Origin: Octopus sinensis
Lineage: Eukaryota
Assembly: GCF_006345805.1 (NCBI RefSeq)
Contig: NC_042997.1
Location: forward strand, 86,056,001-86,120,000
Length of the DNA stretch: 64,000 nucleotides
Direction of reading: 5' to 3'
Part shown: positions 25,386 through 39,926 of the stretch, in pieces
Layout: the number at the start of each line of letters is the position of its first letter
Position numbering within the stretch: position 1 is the first letter of the stretch
Notes under the pieces: generated by a model
Databases searched by the model: none
What the model saw: the letters and a program-made list of their open reading frames with translations, nothing else
What the model was told of the DNA's origin: nothing
Translations under genes and position numbers: made by a program

Positions 25386-26493
25386 TGTTTCGTAAGTCAG
25401 TCTACCAACCCATATTAAATCATTAACAATTTGGAACTGTTTCTCTTATTAGTATAGAGAAGGATGTGTTATGCTTTCTATAAGTATTGAGAAGGTTAAG
25501 TTAACTTTTAGTCATACCTGTAACCATCTTCAGAGTATTCAGATTATTCTGTCAAATCTAATATTTATTTATTCAAACTGTTTTGAATTAGTTATGCATT
25601 ATCTACTAGCATTGAGATTTTCACAATATAACTATTTATATTTAGAATGATGTTGTAGGGTTGGTGCAAGAGGCCACATCTGGCCAGTTCGAACATAAAA
25701 CAGGTAGAATATTTTGGTGGGATATGACCAGCTTAAATGCTAAAGGGTTTAACAGGTGTAAATATTAATTTGAAATTGGAGGTACATACTGTTGATCATC
25801 TGCTGTTAGAAATCATGTCTATTGCTTCTTTATTGCTTATGTAGCAGGAACATCTTTATTTTTTTATCTTTTAGTTATTGGATTGTGGCCATGCTGGGGC
25901 ACTGCCTTGAAGGGTCTAGTCCAACAAATTGAGCCCAGTACTTATTTTTTAAGTCTAGTATTTATTCTGCTAGTCTGTTTTACTGAACTGCTAAGTTACT
26001 GAGGACATAAACAAAGAAACTCTAGTTGTCAAATGGATAGGAGAGAACATGCATAAGTGTATATATACACAATGGGCTTCCACACAGTTTCCACTTATCA
26101 AATTCACTCAGAAGGCATTGCAAATATGCAATCTTGTGGACAGGTGGACCAAGTGCATCGAAAAGGAAAGAGACTATATAGAAAAATGACATACTTGTTT
26201 ATCCCCTGCTTTTGTGTAAATACATTGAAAAAACAAGAATGCATATAATTTTTGACTCTCCCTCATATGTATGTATAGACAAAGGCCAAATGGTTAAAGT
26301 TTGCCATCAAACCTACCACAAAATATCTTGGGCAATTGTCTTCTACTAAAACTTCAGGGCGATCCATACTTTTATGAGTAAAATTGGGTAGACAGAAACT
26401 GCATGAAAGCCCATTGAACAGATTGTGCTTGTAATTCACTGGCCCAACATTGTCATGCAATGTGTCATGTTGATTCTGCCCAAGGATAATATT

Positions 26494-26708
26494 GCTTTCA
26501 AGTTTAGGCTCAAGGTCAGCAATTTCAGGGGAGAGAGAGTCTGATTAGATCAACCGCAGTTCTCAACTAGTACTTATTTTATCAATCCTGTAAAGATGAA
26601 AGGCATAGTCAACCTCAGCAAAATTTGAACTCAGAATGTAAAGACAGATGAAACGCTTTGCAGCATTTCACCCAGTGTACTGATGATTCTGCCAACTGAC
26701 TGCCTTAA
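26494..26708 (-). mobile_element. SINE family B with 15-bp target-site duplication
   Basis: cccaaggataatatt at 26479-26493 and 26709-26723; body matches 36590-36775 in reverse. Confidence 0.85.
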
Positions 26709-28929
26709 CCCAAGGATAATATTAAAGGTACATATTTCTATGGCACCTACACCACTAATTCAGTGAGCAAGTAATGCAGTTGGTTTTCAACTAACTGAAT
26801 AGTCATTGTTGAAACCAGATGATGTCTATTTACCATTTATGTGTGTGTATATATATATGTACATACATTGTGTACATGTGTGTGTACATACATTGGTGTG
26901 TAGACAGAAAATCTAATATTCTTCACCAGAATAGATATCCATGAACAGAAGCAGATATTGTGTTACCCAAAAAGCTATAAGAAGTGACCGCATGACTACA
27001 ATATTAAATGACACCAGTTTACTGACTTCTGTAGTCTTAGTTTCATACATTAAAATCATACCACTTATCTGATGAGTGTATGAAAGCTTAACCATCAAAA
27101 TAATGTTCTTTTGTTCTTTAAATGCATTTTTATTACATTTACCACTTCCAATTTAACCACTTTCGAAGTTTGTTTGCTAGAATCAGTTATTTTTTGGCTT
27201 GGCTGATGAGTTAGCAGATTGGCTGGTTTGATGCTGAAATAGAACTGAATTATATTTAATGTTGTGTCAGGGGATGTTGTGGAAACTAATATTTCGGAGA
27301 GAGAACCTCTTGTTTAATGAAGGACCCTGACTGAAATCTTACACTCTCATGACTCACCACCATACAAGCCAACAAAATAATTTTTCTAGAAGCCAACAAG
27401 GAAGCCATTATGTACTCACTGAACCTGCTAAAAATAATAGCCAAATCTCACTAAAATAGCACATTAACAGCTTTAAATAAAAGAGAAATAGCTTCCTAAT
27501 CCTCCTTAAATCACAAATCAAGTCATTTCTGCCATTGAGGCACTTGAAACCTTTTAGCAATTTTTTCTGCCCCTCACAATTTTGAGTTTTCCAAATATCT
27601 GAATGTAACTTCCATTCGAATATTTCATTAGGTTTGGTAATCATAGTGGTATGTGTCACCTCCCCAGAATGTAAGTACCATTGGTTCTCAAGGAACTCAT
27701 CCCCCTTTGACAGGTTTTTAATCCTGCAGAATGCCCACACATCTTCACTGCTGTGAGCCAGTTTAGTCACTAACCACTCAAACTCAACTATATGCAGATT
27801 GTGCTGGATTACATGGTTGCCAGTAGCAGGTTTCCATCAGTCTGATAGAATTGATCATGACCTGACAGTAAATCACAACCTAACCACATGCTGTTATTTA
27901 AAAAGAAAACTGCACACATCAGAATAAGCAGTCCTCATTATACAAGAAAGGAAGACAGTTCAATCAGGACTGACCAGGGACTAAACAACAACATCATTCT
28001 GGTCTAGATCCATCTTAAGGTGTAGTCACACTGGGAAATTTCCTTGGGGTTATGCATGCTCTCAGGGCCTGTGGCTTGCTGCCAATCAATAAATACTAAT
28101 GGCTCCAACATATTGCTTTACTGGAGTGGTGGGTATAATTCTGTTAAGTCATTTCTGTTCTAATATCTTTCTCATTTGACCTTGTTCTGTGCAAGAAAAT
28201 CTTCAGAGGGATACAGTTCTAATAAGAATTTTCTGGACAAAGTGTTCAGTGCTAGATTCAGCTACAGCTAGTCATCAAACTTTTAGTATCAGTACAGCAC
28301 AGATAGTAGACGAACTTACATCTTTTTGGGTAGTAGTACAACATACTACCACCTCTACTACCGTTAACTCTCTCTCTCATTGAAAATATAGTTTGTCTTG
28401 TATATGCCCTGAGAACAAATCAGACATCACTGTAAAATATTTCCACCAAAATTTCATGCAAAAGTTCAAATTATAGCCTATCTATACAATACTAATCAGA
28501 AAAAAAAAAATGTGCGTATGTATGTATTTGTAAAATGATGTTTGAAAACATTTTTTTAAAAATAAATGTTTTTGAAAAAAAAAGGAAACAACATTACTTT
28601 GGTACTGTTTGTGCTTACAGTAAAAATAACAACAATAGTACCAAAAACAACATGGCAATGATCCAACCATCCACATGGTGCCAGAAGACAGGAAGACATC
28701 TACCATGAAAGAAATATTTCAAAGAACTGATAATAAAGAGCAAAAACTAGAATTTTGGTGGCCTTGAGGTTGTAACAGACATTTACTCCAAGTATAACAA
28801 TACTAGTTCATTCATAATATTATACTATAAGGTGCAAGCATGGCTGTGTGGTTAAGACGTTTGCTTCACAATCACATAATTTCAAGTTCAGTCCCACTAC
28901 ACGAAACTGAAGGAAACCCATTTTATATC

Positions 28930-29305
28930 TAACAAATGATGGATAGGTGTCAATTCATTACAGGTGTTTTCAAAAAATTTTTTGATTGATTAATGAGTAC
29001 ATTATATCATTATAAAAAGCAATTTCTTCAGATGAATACATGAATTATACAATTAAGAACATTTAAAAAAAATTTTTATCCACAGCATGTGCATATTTAG
29101 TAATTCCACAAGCAACCAGCATCAATCGTAGAATCACTAAATATGTATGTGCCATGGATTAAACATTTTTTAAATGTCCTTAATTGTATAATTTGTGTAT
29201 TCATTTGAAAAAATTTTTTTTATAAGGATATAATGTACTCATTAATCAATTAAAAAATTCATTAGAAACAGCCACAATGAATTGACACCTATTCATCATT
29301 TGTTA
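28930..29305. repeat. Long fold-back inverted repeat (arms about 180 bp, spacer about 18 nt)
   Basis: taacaaatgatggataggtgtcaattcatt ... aatgaattgacacctattcatcatttgtta; complementarity continues inward to gtaattccac/gtagaatcac. Confidence 0.9.
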
Positions 29306-29778
29306 TCTATTTATGATTCACCTCTTTCAGAACCTTCCCCTCACATGTTCTGAAGTATATTATAGACCACATATTTAATGAAGCCCCTCAACCAGTTGTA
29401 CAGTACCCCACCTGTGAGGGACCAATGCGAGATGGGTCAAAATAATTGTTGTGATTAATAAAGAATCTCGTGAATTCCATTTCCTCTTTTTCTCATTTGT
29501 TATATACCTGACGGACTCTGAGAAATTCCTGAGGTAGATCCAGTGACACATCCATACTGTTGATGACATGAGGTAGCTATAGACAATGAAAGTGCTTTAA
29601 TCAGTATACTACCAGGGGTATACCTAAGTTTTAAATAATTACTTATATGTGTGTGTGTATGTGTGTGTTTATTCATATATATGTGTGTGTGCCTGGTTGT
29701 ATGTAAAGTGGTTCTCATGACACAGTCCTCTAATTCATCAGACCTTGTCAAATCGTGTGTGTGTGTGTGACATCATGT

Positions 29779-30006
29779 TCAACCCTTTAGCATTCAGGTT
29801 ACTCTGTCAAATAAAGTGCTTATTGATTCATGCTGTTTTGAATTAATTATGCATTATATCATAGCTTCAAGATTTAAATGATGTAATTGTTGATTTTTAG
29901 AATGACATAGTAGGGTAGGTATGAGAGGATAGATTTAGTCAGTTTTAGCATAAAACACATAGAATATTTGTGCCGGTTATGGCCAGTTTAAATACTAAAG
30001 GGTTAA
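29779..30006. mobile_element. piggyBac-like MITE
   Basis: Ends tcaa-ccctttagcatt ... aatactaaaggg-ttaa; same family as 98-308 and 25520-25752. Confidence 0.65.
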
Positions 30007-31279
30007 TAAACTTTTCAATACTGAACACACCCAAATAACTTTTAATGCTTTCAGTTTTAAAAAATGATAGAAAACTTTAAATTCTGCATAACATATTGAG
30101 TTCCCTTATTCTTCTCTATAAAGCCAGAACTTATATTAAATATGTGCATGTGTGTATGCGCATTCACTCTAGAACTGAACAACTAAAAATGACCCAGACT
30201 CATATCTGGCTTAATTAGAGTGAAAGTAGACCAAAGTAGGTCTTTTGTGAGATATTTGCCAATATATATATTCAGCCATTCATTTATTAGTAAATCATAA
30301 ACTAATTCATTGACCCCAATCTCTTTCAGCAAAGTGTGGAGTTGGAAATATGAATGAATGTTACATTCTTTGTAGTTTTAGTTTTAATGAATGTAACATC
30401 AGGTCAAAAGATCTTTGAATTATGACTATAAATAGTTTTGCATTATTAATTTATTAACCGTTGTGAATTAGAATTTAATAACATGAACCTATTTATAGAT
30501 GGAATGCTGGCCTGCAAACCAAGGAAGCCTTTGAGTGGTTGCTCAAACTACTTGTAATAACAGTCATAGGTTTCTTTCATTTCTCATCCTAAATGGAAAA
30601 TAAATGGATCATCATAACAACATTCACTTTTCCATGCTCGATTGGGTCAGACAGAATTCACTGAAGCAGATTTTCTATGGTTGAATGCCCTTCCTGTTTC
30701 CAACACTCACCTATTTCCAAGCAAGGTAATATTTCCCTATGGCCAGACGTGTTTTTTCATGAAAGTTGTATGACAATCACATGATCTCAAGACAAGAGCA
30801 CACTCAAATGCACACACACGCATGCACGTGCAATATGTTCCTGTCAGTCTCTCTACCAAATCCTTTCTCAAAGTTTTGTTATGTCAGCAAGTGAAGCTTC
30901 TGATTAGCTAAAATTTCATAATTTTAAAGGGTTATAACTTTTTTATTATTAATTTCTAGGAAAAAATGAGCATGATTTTTGTCATCAGTATGCAAAGGAA
31001 CAGCAGCTGGCATTAGGAAGGGCATCAAGCCATAAAATCCATGGCAAAACAAGCAGTGAAACCTGGTACAGTCTTCTGCCTAGCCAGCTCTTGTCAAACT
31101 GTCCATCCCATGTCAGTATGGAAATTAGACATTAAATGATGATAATGATGACATCAGTATGAAAAAGTTGAAAAAAACTTGGTGGTTGGAATGAATTTAA
31201 AAGGATTCCTAATATGTTTGCAATCAATTTGTCTTTTGGGCAAGATATATATATATATATATGTTCTTTCTTTTATTTT

Positions 31280-31620
31280 ATTCTCCTACTTGTTTCCGTC
31301 ATTTTATTCTGGCCATGCTGGAACACTGCATTTTAGTTAAAGATATCGACCCCTGGACTTATTCTTTGAAAGCCTGGTGCTTATTCTATCAGTCTCTTCT
31401 GCTGGACTGCTAAGTTACAGGGACGTAAATACACCAACATCAGTTGTCAAGCAATGGGGGTGGAGACACACACACACACATATACATACAACAGGCATCT
31501 TTCAGTTACTGTCTACCAAATTCATTCACAAGGCTTTGGTCGGCTCGAGGCTATAGTAGAAATTACTTGCCCTAGAACCATGTGGTTGGGAAGCAAGCTT
31601 CTTACCACACAGCCATGCCT
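31280..31620 (-). mobile_element. SINE family A, diverged
   Basis: Collinear similarity to 17002-17406. Confidence 0.8.
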
Positions 31621-33182
31621 GTATATATCATCATCATCATTTAATGTTCCTTATATACGAAAAACATGTTGAAACATGAGTAATAATGGTAATAGTAGCA
31701 TACACATTAGGCTGGCAGAATCATTTGTGAGCTGGGCAAAATGTTTCGCAACATTCCATCCACCTTTATGTTCTGATTTCAGATTCCAGCCAGGTTTAAT
31801 TCTACCTTTGAACATTTTGTGGTCAATAAAATATGTACCAGTTGAGCACTGTGATTGATATAATCCTCTGAAATTGCTGGCCTTGTGCCAAAATTTGAAA
31901 CCAATATATGCATACACATGTGTATATGTATATAATCAACATCATCATCATCTTTATTTTGTATCCACTTTCCATGGTGGCATGGTTTGGACTGGTCTTC
32001 ACATTCTAAGTCAATTCCTAGTTAGAATGACTTCTCTTGTAAATGGATCCAGTTCAGGAATGGTTTCTGTTAATATTTATAAGAGTAAGTAGGTGATTGC
32101 AGTGACCCCCCCCCATACCTGATTGGTACATTATTTTATCGATGCCAGAGGGATGAAAGGTAAAAATTGACTACAGTTGGGTTTGAACTTGGAATGAAAA
32201 GAGCCAGAAGAAATGCTGCAAGGTATTTTGTCTGATGTTCTCACAATTCTATCAGTTCAGTGATTTCTGACTTCAGCACAAGGCCAGCAATTTTGACAAG
32301 TGTGGGTTAGTCAATTACATCAACTCTAGTGCTTCACTGGTTCTTTATTTTATTGGTACTAGGACAATTTGTCCCCAGTTATTTCATCATTGGTTAAGCT
32401 GTCCCTCATCAATTCATCTGCAGGTCAGTTTGTCACTGGCCAATTAATCCCAAAATACTCTTAAATGTGATTTTCGAGTTTAGAACAATCACTTTAGAAT
32501 TAAAATTGTCATTGGACAGTTTTAGATAGATTTTTCCTTTCTTTGCCCCACCCCTCTCTCTCTCTCTCAAGTATCTGCACTGAACAGTTTACGAACAAAA
32601 ATATTCAAGCAAATCGAATTAAATTTATTCAATACGCCTACCCATCAACATGACTACCTGCAAGATCTTAACTTCATATAGATACATATATACACATATA
32701 AAAAGAAATGATTCTGCCATCTCACTGCCTAATAATAATAATAATAATAATAATAAAGTTGTTTCTCCAGTGTGCTACCATGTTGCAACTCAATATTTTT
32801 TTTTGTACAACTACCTGCATTGTGATATAAAATAATATCATACTAATAATACTATTGTTATTACTACCATTACTAAAATCATCCTTACTACAGTGTTCAC
32901 TGCTCCTCCTACTACTACTGCATGTTGTCCAATAACTTATCATCATATGTATGTTAAAATTTTATATGTTCACCCATTGATTTTCCTCCAATAAATCTAA
33001 AATATCAGTTAAGCTTTCAAAAATACAGCAATATCATAATTTCTTTATTATATCCTTCTCCGTTTGTGTCATTTTGTGTCTGTAGATAAAAAAATACAGT
33101 TGTATAAATATGTATATATGTGGTCATGTATATGGACGCCAGCATTTATGCACATGTACAGATATACACAGATATATATGTG

Positions 33183-33244
<62 letters not shown>

Positions 33245-33450
33245 TGTGTATGTGTCATCATCATCGTCATTTAATGGCTGTTTTCCATGCTGGCATATAT
33301 AACATACACACATATTTACATATATATATTTGTATTTAAAGCTCTACATAAAGTTGTGTTTTATATGTATACACATACATACTTGTAAGTATATATGTAT
33401 ACTTGTTTATGTACCTACATGCAGATATGCATCTTCTCTAAGTTCATATG

Positions 33451-33797
33451 TGTCTGTCTGTGTGTGTGTCTTCTAGGATCTCGGGCATCCTCCATCCGAT
33501 TGCGCTCAAATTTGATATGTAGATACTGATGGTATCATGGCATGTATAAGTCTTGAAAAAGATTACAAAAATCGATTCCAGGTGAGAATGCAATTCATAA
33601 AGCATTCTTTGGAATAGAAAAAATGTCTATCTTTATTTCTTCTTTTGCTGGTGTCTCAAACTTAGGTTAAATCAGTGTTTCTCAAAGGGGAGGCCTATGG
33701 GACGGTCAGACAAGTTGTTTTGAGAAAATTTGGTTTAAATGTTTGACAACTCAGCACCGTCCATTGAACGTGGTGGTGGGGGGGGGCTTTTGCTTGT
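33451..33797. mobile_element. Helentron/DINE-like non-autonomous element, copy 1
   Basis: tgtctgtctg microsatellite then gatctcgggcatcctccatccgattgcgctcaaattt; highly similar inverted copy at 57958-58330. Confidence 0.6.
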
Positions 33798-34981
33798 ATA
33801 TATATATATAATAGAATATATGCATACAAGCAAACGTATACTTACATGTATAGACACCAACATGGCTATAGGTGCTTAGCTGTGTGTGTTAGAAGTTTCA
33901 CTTCCCAAGTACTTGGTTTTGCATTCAGTCCTGTTTTGTGGCCCCTTGGACAAGTGTATGTATACATGCATGCATGCATATATGTATACATACATACATA
34001 CATGCATACATACATGTGTGAGTGTATGTTTGTGTCTCTTTGTCATTGTAAATAAGTATCACTGTCAAGTAAGCAGTGTCATCCATTTCCAAAGTTCTGC
34101 ATAAGCATATCTGACCATGAGGAAATATTACCTTGCTTGGAAACAGGAAGGGCATCTGACCAGAGAAAATCTGCCTCAATAAATTCTGATTGACTCATGC
34201 ACACATAGAAAAGTGTGTGTTGAAAAGATGACAATGATGTGTGTGTGTGAATACAGACACACATGCATATACATGTGTATAATCATATATACACACACTC
34301 CATGTACAATGTTTCTATTTGTTTATAAAGAAATTTTTTGCCCAACTTTTCTCCACTTTAGAAACCAGCATTTTTAAAGAATCTTTGCATTTACACCTCT
34401 TAAAAAAGTGATTTAAAAAAAAATGCACCACCATTATTATTATATTGTTGTTATTTAGTAATTCTTGTAGAGAGATCTATAGAAATTATGCCATATTTGT
34501 TGTTCTTGTTGTCAGCCATGGATGCACACATTTCAAAGAGTTCCATTTAGAAGGTATTTTCTTTAAAAATTATTTTATGTAAAAAGTAAAGCTGTGTTAC
34601 TTTTATTCATTTTACCAACAAAGGTCTTTAGAGCGTTTAAATATCTATCCCATTACTCTGGAACAGAAAAGAAAATTTATCCTTACTTTCATTCTATGTA
34701 CATATTTTTCACAAGCAACTATTTTTCTTGGTTTATTAATGGTTCAATATGGCTACCTCAAGAGTAATGGAAGGCGGTCTTAACCATACAAGTAGTAGCA
34801 GCAAATGCTCCACCCAAAATGTTTGAAAAGAAGAGCCTATTTGAAAAGAAGGTTAACAGAGAAATGGTATACAGTAATCCCTCACCATATCATAGTTTGC
34901 CTATTGTGGTCTATTATTTAAGCTTACTTTGATTCCTTTATGGTGTTGTTTTGTATTTATAACAAAATAAATATATACAAA

Positions 34982-35197
34982 GGAGGCGCAATGGCCCAGT
35001 GGTAGGGCAGCGGACTTGCGGTCGGAGGATCGCAGTTTCGATTCCCAGACCGGGCGTTGTGTGTGTTTATTGAGCAAAAACACCTAAAAGCTCCACGAGG
35101 CTCTGGCAGGGGATGGTGGTGATCCCTGCTGTACTCTTTCACCACTCTGAAGGTGGTGCTCCAGCATGGCCGCAGTCAAATGACTGAAACAAGTACA
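34982..35197 (+). mobile_element. Chimeric SINE: family C head joined to family A tail
   Basis: Family C sequence to about 35148, then aaggtggtgctccagcatggccgcagtcaaatgactgaaacaagta as in 38965-39010. Confidence 0.7.
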
Positions 35198-35220
35198 AAA
35201 AAAAAAAATTATAAAAATGT

Positions 35221-35540
35221 GGAGGCGCAATGGCCCAGTGGTTAGGGCAGTGGACTCGCGGTCGGAGGATTGCGGTTTTGATTCCCAGACCAGACGTTGT
35301 GTGTGTTTATTGAGCGAAAACACCTAAAGGTCCACGAGGCTTCGGCAGGGGATGGTGGCGACCCCTGTTGTACTCTTTCACCCCAACTTTCTCTCACTCT
35401 CTCTTCCTGTTTCTTGAGTAACACTGAGATGGACTGGCATCCCATCCAGCTGGTGGGGAACAGATATGTCACAGAAACCGGGAAACCGGACCCATGAGCC
35501 TGGCTAGGCTTGAAAATGGCGCATAAATAAATAAATAAAT
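35221..35540 (+). mobile_element. tRNA-derived SINE family C
   Basis: A-box tggcccagtgg, B-box-like ggttttgattccc, (TAAA)n tail. Confidence 0.8.
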
Positions 35541-36587
35541 TATAAAAACAATAATATTGTTTCTACCTAGTGGTTTTTCACCTATCACGGTGGGGTGGGG
35601 GGCGTAACACCCATGATAGTCAAGGAATTACTGTAATGACAAACTTGGTTATTAAGACAAGTAGTGCTGTATAAGTGAATATAAAAGTTTGTATTATTAA
35701 CAAAACACCAACAACAGCAAATCGTTCTTTGCAAATGTTCTTTGTCAAAAGAAATTTCTTGATATGAGTTAGTCCAAGAAGAGGGGTAAAGTATGGACAA
35801 GGTGTGTCACAAAAGGCAATGCCACTTTGTCCTCCCTCTGCATTTATCCAGGAAAATAAACAGAGTAGGTTTGATATGCCTTCAGGAGAGGAATATGGAG
35901 CATAAGGAAAATATGAGCTTGACTTTTTAAGACCAAAGACATAATGAAATGACAAGCAGAATTGTGCACCACATACACCTGCCCACGTTCATACTGGAGT
36001 AAAAGAAATATAAGGTCTGTGGCCAGAGATATCAGCATGGATATTCACTTTTGGCTTCCGTTCATCAGTAAGAGGACAGAAGATAGCAACAACAAATGCA
36101 GACTTCAGAAGTGAAGATTGTGGCTGCAGCTACCAAAATCAGCTCATATTTTGTGTCACCAGTACCAGTAGCTACCAATGACCCAGATGCTGAGAGGTTT
36201 CCACCTATAGCATAGTACCGAGAGAGGCTTTGAGCTGAACTATGTCCCTATGTGTTGTGGCAATAAGAAAGAAATAGTAACTGAGGAAAGGTGAGAAACC
36301 TTCAAAAGCAGTAAAAAAAAAGGAAGTTGAGTTTAAGAAAAAACCAACAATGTACCCAAAACTAAACAAAAGTAAGTGGTTGAAACTGAAAGAAGTACTC
36401 ATTCCCTCTGCACTGTCTGAGATTTATACTTATGCAAAATGTCAGCAATAAGCAGATTGATTTGCTAAATAATTCTAAGAATGGCAGAAATGCTATGTTG
36501 ATTGAAGAGCAAATGATATCCAAAATTATTGAAACACCTTGATAGACAATAGGTGAAAAACCTTATCAATATTCTATAAACAATATA

Positions 36588-36775
36588 AAGTAGTGAGCTG
36601 ACAGAATTGTTAGCTGCATTTTGTCTTCTGGTTCTGAGTTCAAATTCTGCTGAGGTCGACTTTGCCTTTCATCCTTTCAGGATTGATAAAATAAATACCA
36701 ACTGAGTACTGGGGTCAATGTAATCGACTTACTTCCTCCTTTGAACTTGCTGGCCTTGTGCCAAAATTTGAAATC
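36588..36775 (+). mobile_element. SINE family B (Nin/Deu-domain-like core)
   Basis: gagttcaaattc B-box then gcctttcatcctttcaggattgataaaataaatacca; other copies near 31710, 42420, 43290, 48290, 56410, 56650 and 63755. Confidence 0.8.
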
Positions 36776-37967
36776 AGTATTCTATAAGCAGTTAAAATAC
36801 AACTGCCAGAGGGATGTTGGAGTTGTTTCACCTTAGGCAATACAAACAGTGCTCACAGACTCATTCAGAGATACCAAACCATAGTAGAAGATTGTTGGAT
36901 TCATGATATGCCCTAATTCTGCCTTGGTAGCAGCTTCTCTCTGCTTTATGAGTGAGTAGCCCTTATTCGTTTTGTGTACTGAACTTTTTAATCTGTCTTC
37001 ATATATTACATTTCGGTTTATCACATCCTATATTTCTTGTAAACTTTTGCATGCATAAGCCAATAAAAGAAATCATTATTTCTATTATTATTATTGTTGT
37101 TGTTGTTGCTTTCAGATAAATGTCAAAATTTTCCTTTCTACTAGCAATCAGATGCTAATTTCATTCAACTTTTCTTGGTATAGAAAATTTTTATCTCTTG
37201 AGTCATCAATGTCTTCATTCCTAGTTCACAGTGAACTTATAGTTCTCATCATTATAATAAAAGTACCAGGTTTGTCTATTTTTATACTTCTATATTATAA
37301 TGTAACACTTCTGCAGCTACTTCTCCAGTTATCATGCAAGAAGAGAGTGTGTATGGGTCATCATAGTTGACATCAAAGGGAGACAATTCCGTGATCAACT
37401 TTCTAACACGCATATATTTTCCCTTTGTGAATCTAAAGTTCTTTATATAAAATATGAAAATATGAATTATTGCTTTCAGTTTTTTTTAAATCCTTTGTAT
37501 AATTTTTCTACACAAGATAAAAAAAGTACACGTTGAACAGTGTAATTCAATTGAAATTCAGGAAGTCAATTTAATAACATTCAACAGCTGATTCAGGAGA
37601 TGGAATCTTTTAAAAATAGATAGAATGTGTTTGAAGCTGAGATCTAGTTTCCAATTCACTATTGCTATTTCAATAAAATCCATTATTTTTCATTAATACC
37701 ATACAGTTTGGTTATTCACAGCAGCTAATAATGGCGAACACTACAGAGTACTTTTATAATTGTTATAGGGCACACTTATCAACTTTTGTAATTGTTGCTG
37801 TTATCAACTTTAATCAAAGGCTTTCCAGCTATGACAATCTCGTGAGTAGCTAGCACTACATTCTCTAAAGTGTCCTTCACATATTTATGATGGAAAGGTG
37901 ATTTGAGAGAGAATTGACTGCTACTTCTAGCAAGTTGAGTGACAATCTAAAAGTTACTTGATATCTT

Positions 37968-38290
37968 TCATCTTTCATCTGTTTCAGTCATTAGACTATT
38001 GCCATACTGGGGCACCACCTTGAATTTTTTTCTCTTTAGTCGAATGAATTGACCCCAATTTTCTTTAAGCCAAACTGCTAAATTGCAGGTATGTAAACAA
38101 AGCAACACCGGTTGTCAAGCAATGGTGAGGGACAAACACACACATACATTTATGACAGGCCTCTTTCAGTTTCTGTCTACCAGATCCACTCACAAGGCTG
38201 TGGTTGGCTTGAGGCTATAGAAGACACTTTCCCAAGGTGCCATGCAATGAGATTGAACCCGGGAAGCAAGCTTCTTTCCTCACAGCCATA
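37968..38290 (-). mobile_element. SINE family A, diverged
   Basis: Collinear similarity to 17002-17406. Confidence 0.75.
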
Positions 38291-38534
38291 CATATTTTTT
38301 TCGTTTTTATTTTGCCACATGTTCTGTAATGATTCAATCTTTTGTTTTAACATTCACAGTATCGTATTTGTATCTTATTTTTTTTACATTATATGCTGTT
38401 TGGTTAGGAAGTTTGCTTCTCAACCACATGGTTTCAGGTTCAATCTCACTGCTTAGCAACTTGGGTGAGCATCTTCTACTACAGTCCCAGGATGACCTAT
38501 GTTTTGTGGGTGTATTTGAAAGATGTCTGTTATA

Positions 38535-39440
38535 CAGGCTGTCCCAGAATTAACTATCTATATCAATGAAATTGGGTAAATTTAAAAAACACTGACAGAA
38601 TTTTATGTTTCTTACTTCGCAGGAGTGGCTGTGTGGTAAGTAGCTTGCTAACCAACCACATGGTTCCGGGTTCAGTCCCACTGCGTGGCATCTTGGGCAA
38701 GTGTCTTCTGCTATAGCCCCGGGCCGACCAATGCCTTGTGAGTGGATTTGGTAGACGGAAACTGAAAGAAGCCTGTCGTATATATGTATATATATATAAG
38801 TGTGTGTGTATGTGTTTGTGTGTCTGTGTTTGTCCCCCTAGCATTGCTTGACAGCCGATGCTGGTGTGTTTACATCCCTGTCACTTAGCGGTTCGGCAAA
38901 AGAGACCGATAGAATAAGTACTGGGCTTACAAAGAATAAGTCCCGGGGTCGATTTGCTCGACTAAAGGCGGTGCTCCAGCATGGCCGCAGTCAAATGACT
39001 GAAACAAGTAAAAGAGTAAAAGAGAATTATGATACTAAAACAAATTGATTTATAAATCTTATGTCAAAACATTATTGAAAATTTTCAACATATGCTTCGT
39101 TTGTATCCTTGCAAATTTCAAAAATATCCTTAGTGTTACAAAACACCTTTTGAAACATTTCACTGCTAACTGAATGCATCCTTTAAGTTCAGCTAAATAA
39201 TTGTTCCATTTTGAGGATGGAGGTGGAGAAAATGATTGCAGCCAAACTGGAAAAAAGTTGTTATTGGCAGATAAAGAGGGATCCAACATGAATGAAAATA
39301 AGATTATTAAAAAATTATAAACAAAATTAAAAGTTTATACAGTTTTAACACATAGTAGACATGATAGCCATAAATAAAAGTGAGTTTTTAAAAAATTGTC
39401 TGAATTCACTGAAATAAATAGTTAATTCTGGGACACCCTA
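38535..39440. mobile_element. Tc1/mariner-type MITE interrupted by a SINE
   Basis: ta|caggctgtcccagaattaacta ... tagttaattctgggacacccta|ta. Confidence 0.8.
38619..39024 (+). mobile_element. Full-length, young tRNA-derived SINE family A
   Basis: A/B boxes, retained CpGs, central microsatellite, (gtaaaaga)n tail. Confidence 0.92.
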
Positions 39441-39664
39441 TATATATATATCTGTGTGCATGTGTGCATCCTTGTCTTGACATCACACAATATTTGTAAA
39501 ACAAATGTCACCATCATACAGGTAGTATCTTGTAAAAGTATATTTAGCCAATGGTATTACTTGTTAACATATTAGGGTTGGCAACAGGGAGGGAATCTAG
39601 CTGTAGAAAATTTACCTCAGGGAATTCCTTCTGACCCATGCAAACATGGAAAAGTGGATACCTT

Positions 39665-39856
39665 TTTATTTTTTATCTGTTACTTGTTTCAGTCATTAGA
39701 CTGCAGCCATGCTGGGGTATTACCTTGAAGAATTTTACTTGAATGAATTGATCCCAATACTTATGGGGTTTTTTTAAACCTGGTTCTTATTCTGTCAGTC
39801 TCTTGTGCCAAGCCACTAAGTTATGGGTTGTGGGACAAATAGAGACTCAAAGACAT

Positions 39857-39926
<70 letters not shown>

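Noticed and set aside
35221-35292. tRNA-like sequence
   Set aside because: It is the head of a repeated SINE continuing into a shared body, not a stand-alone tRNA gene.
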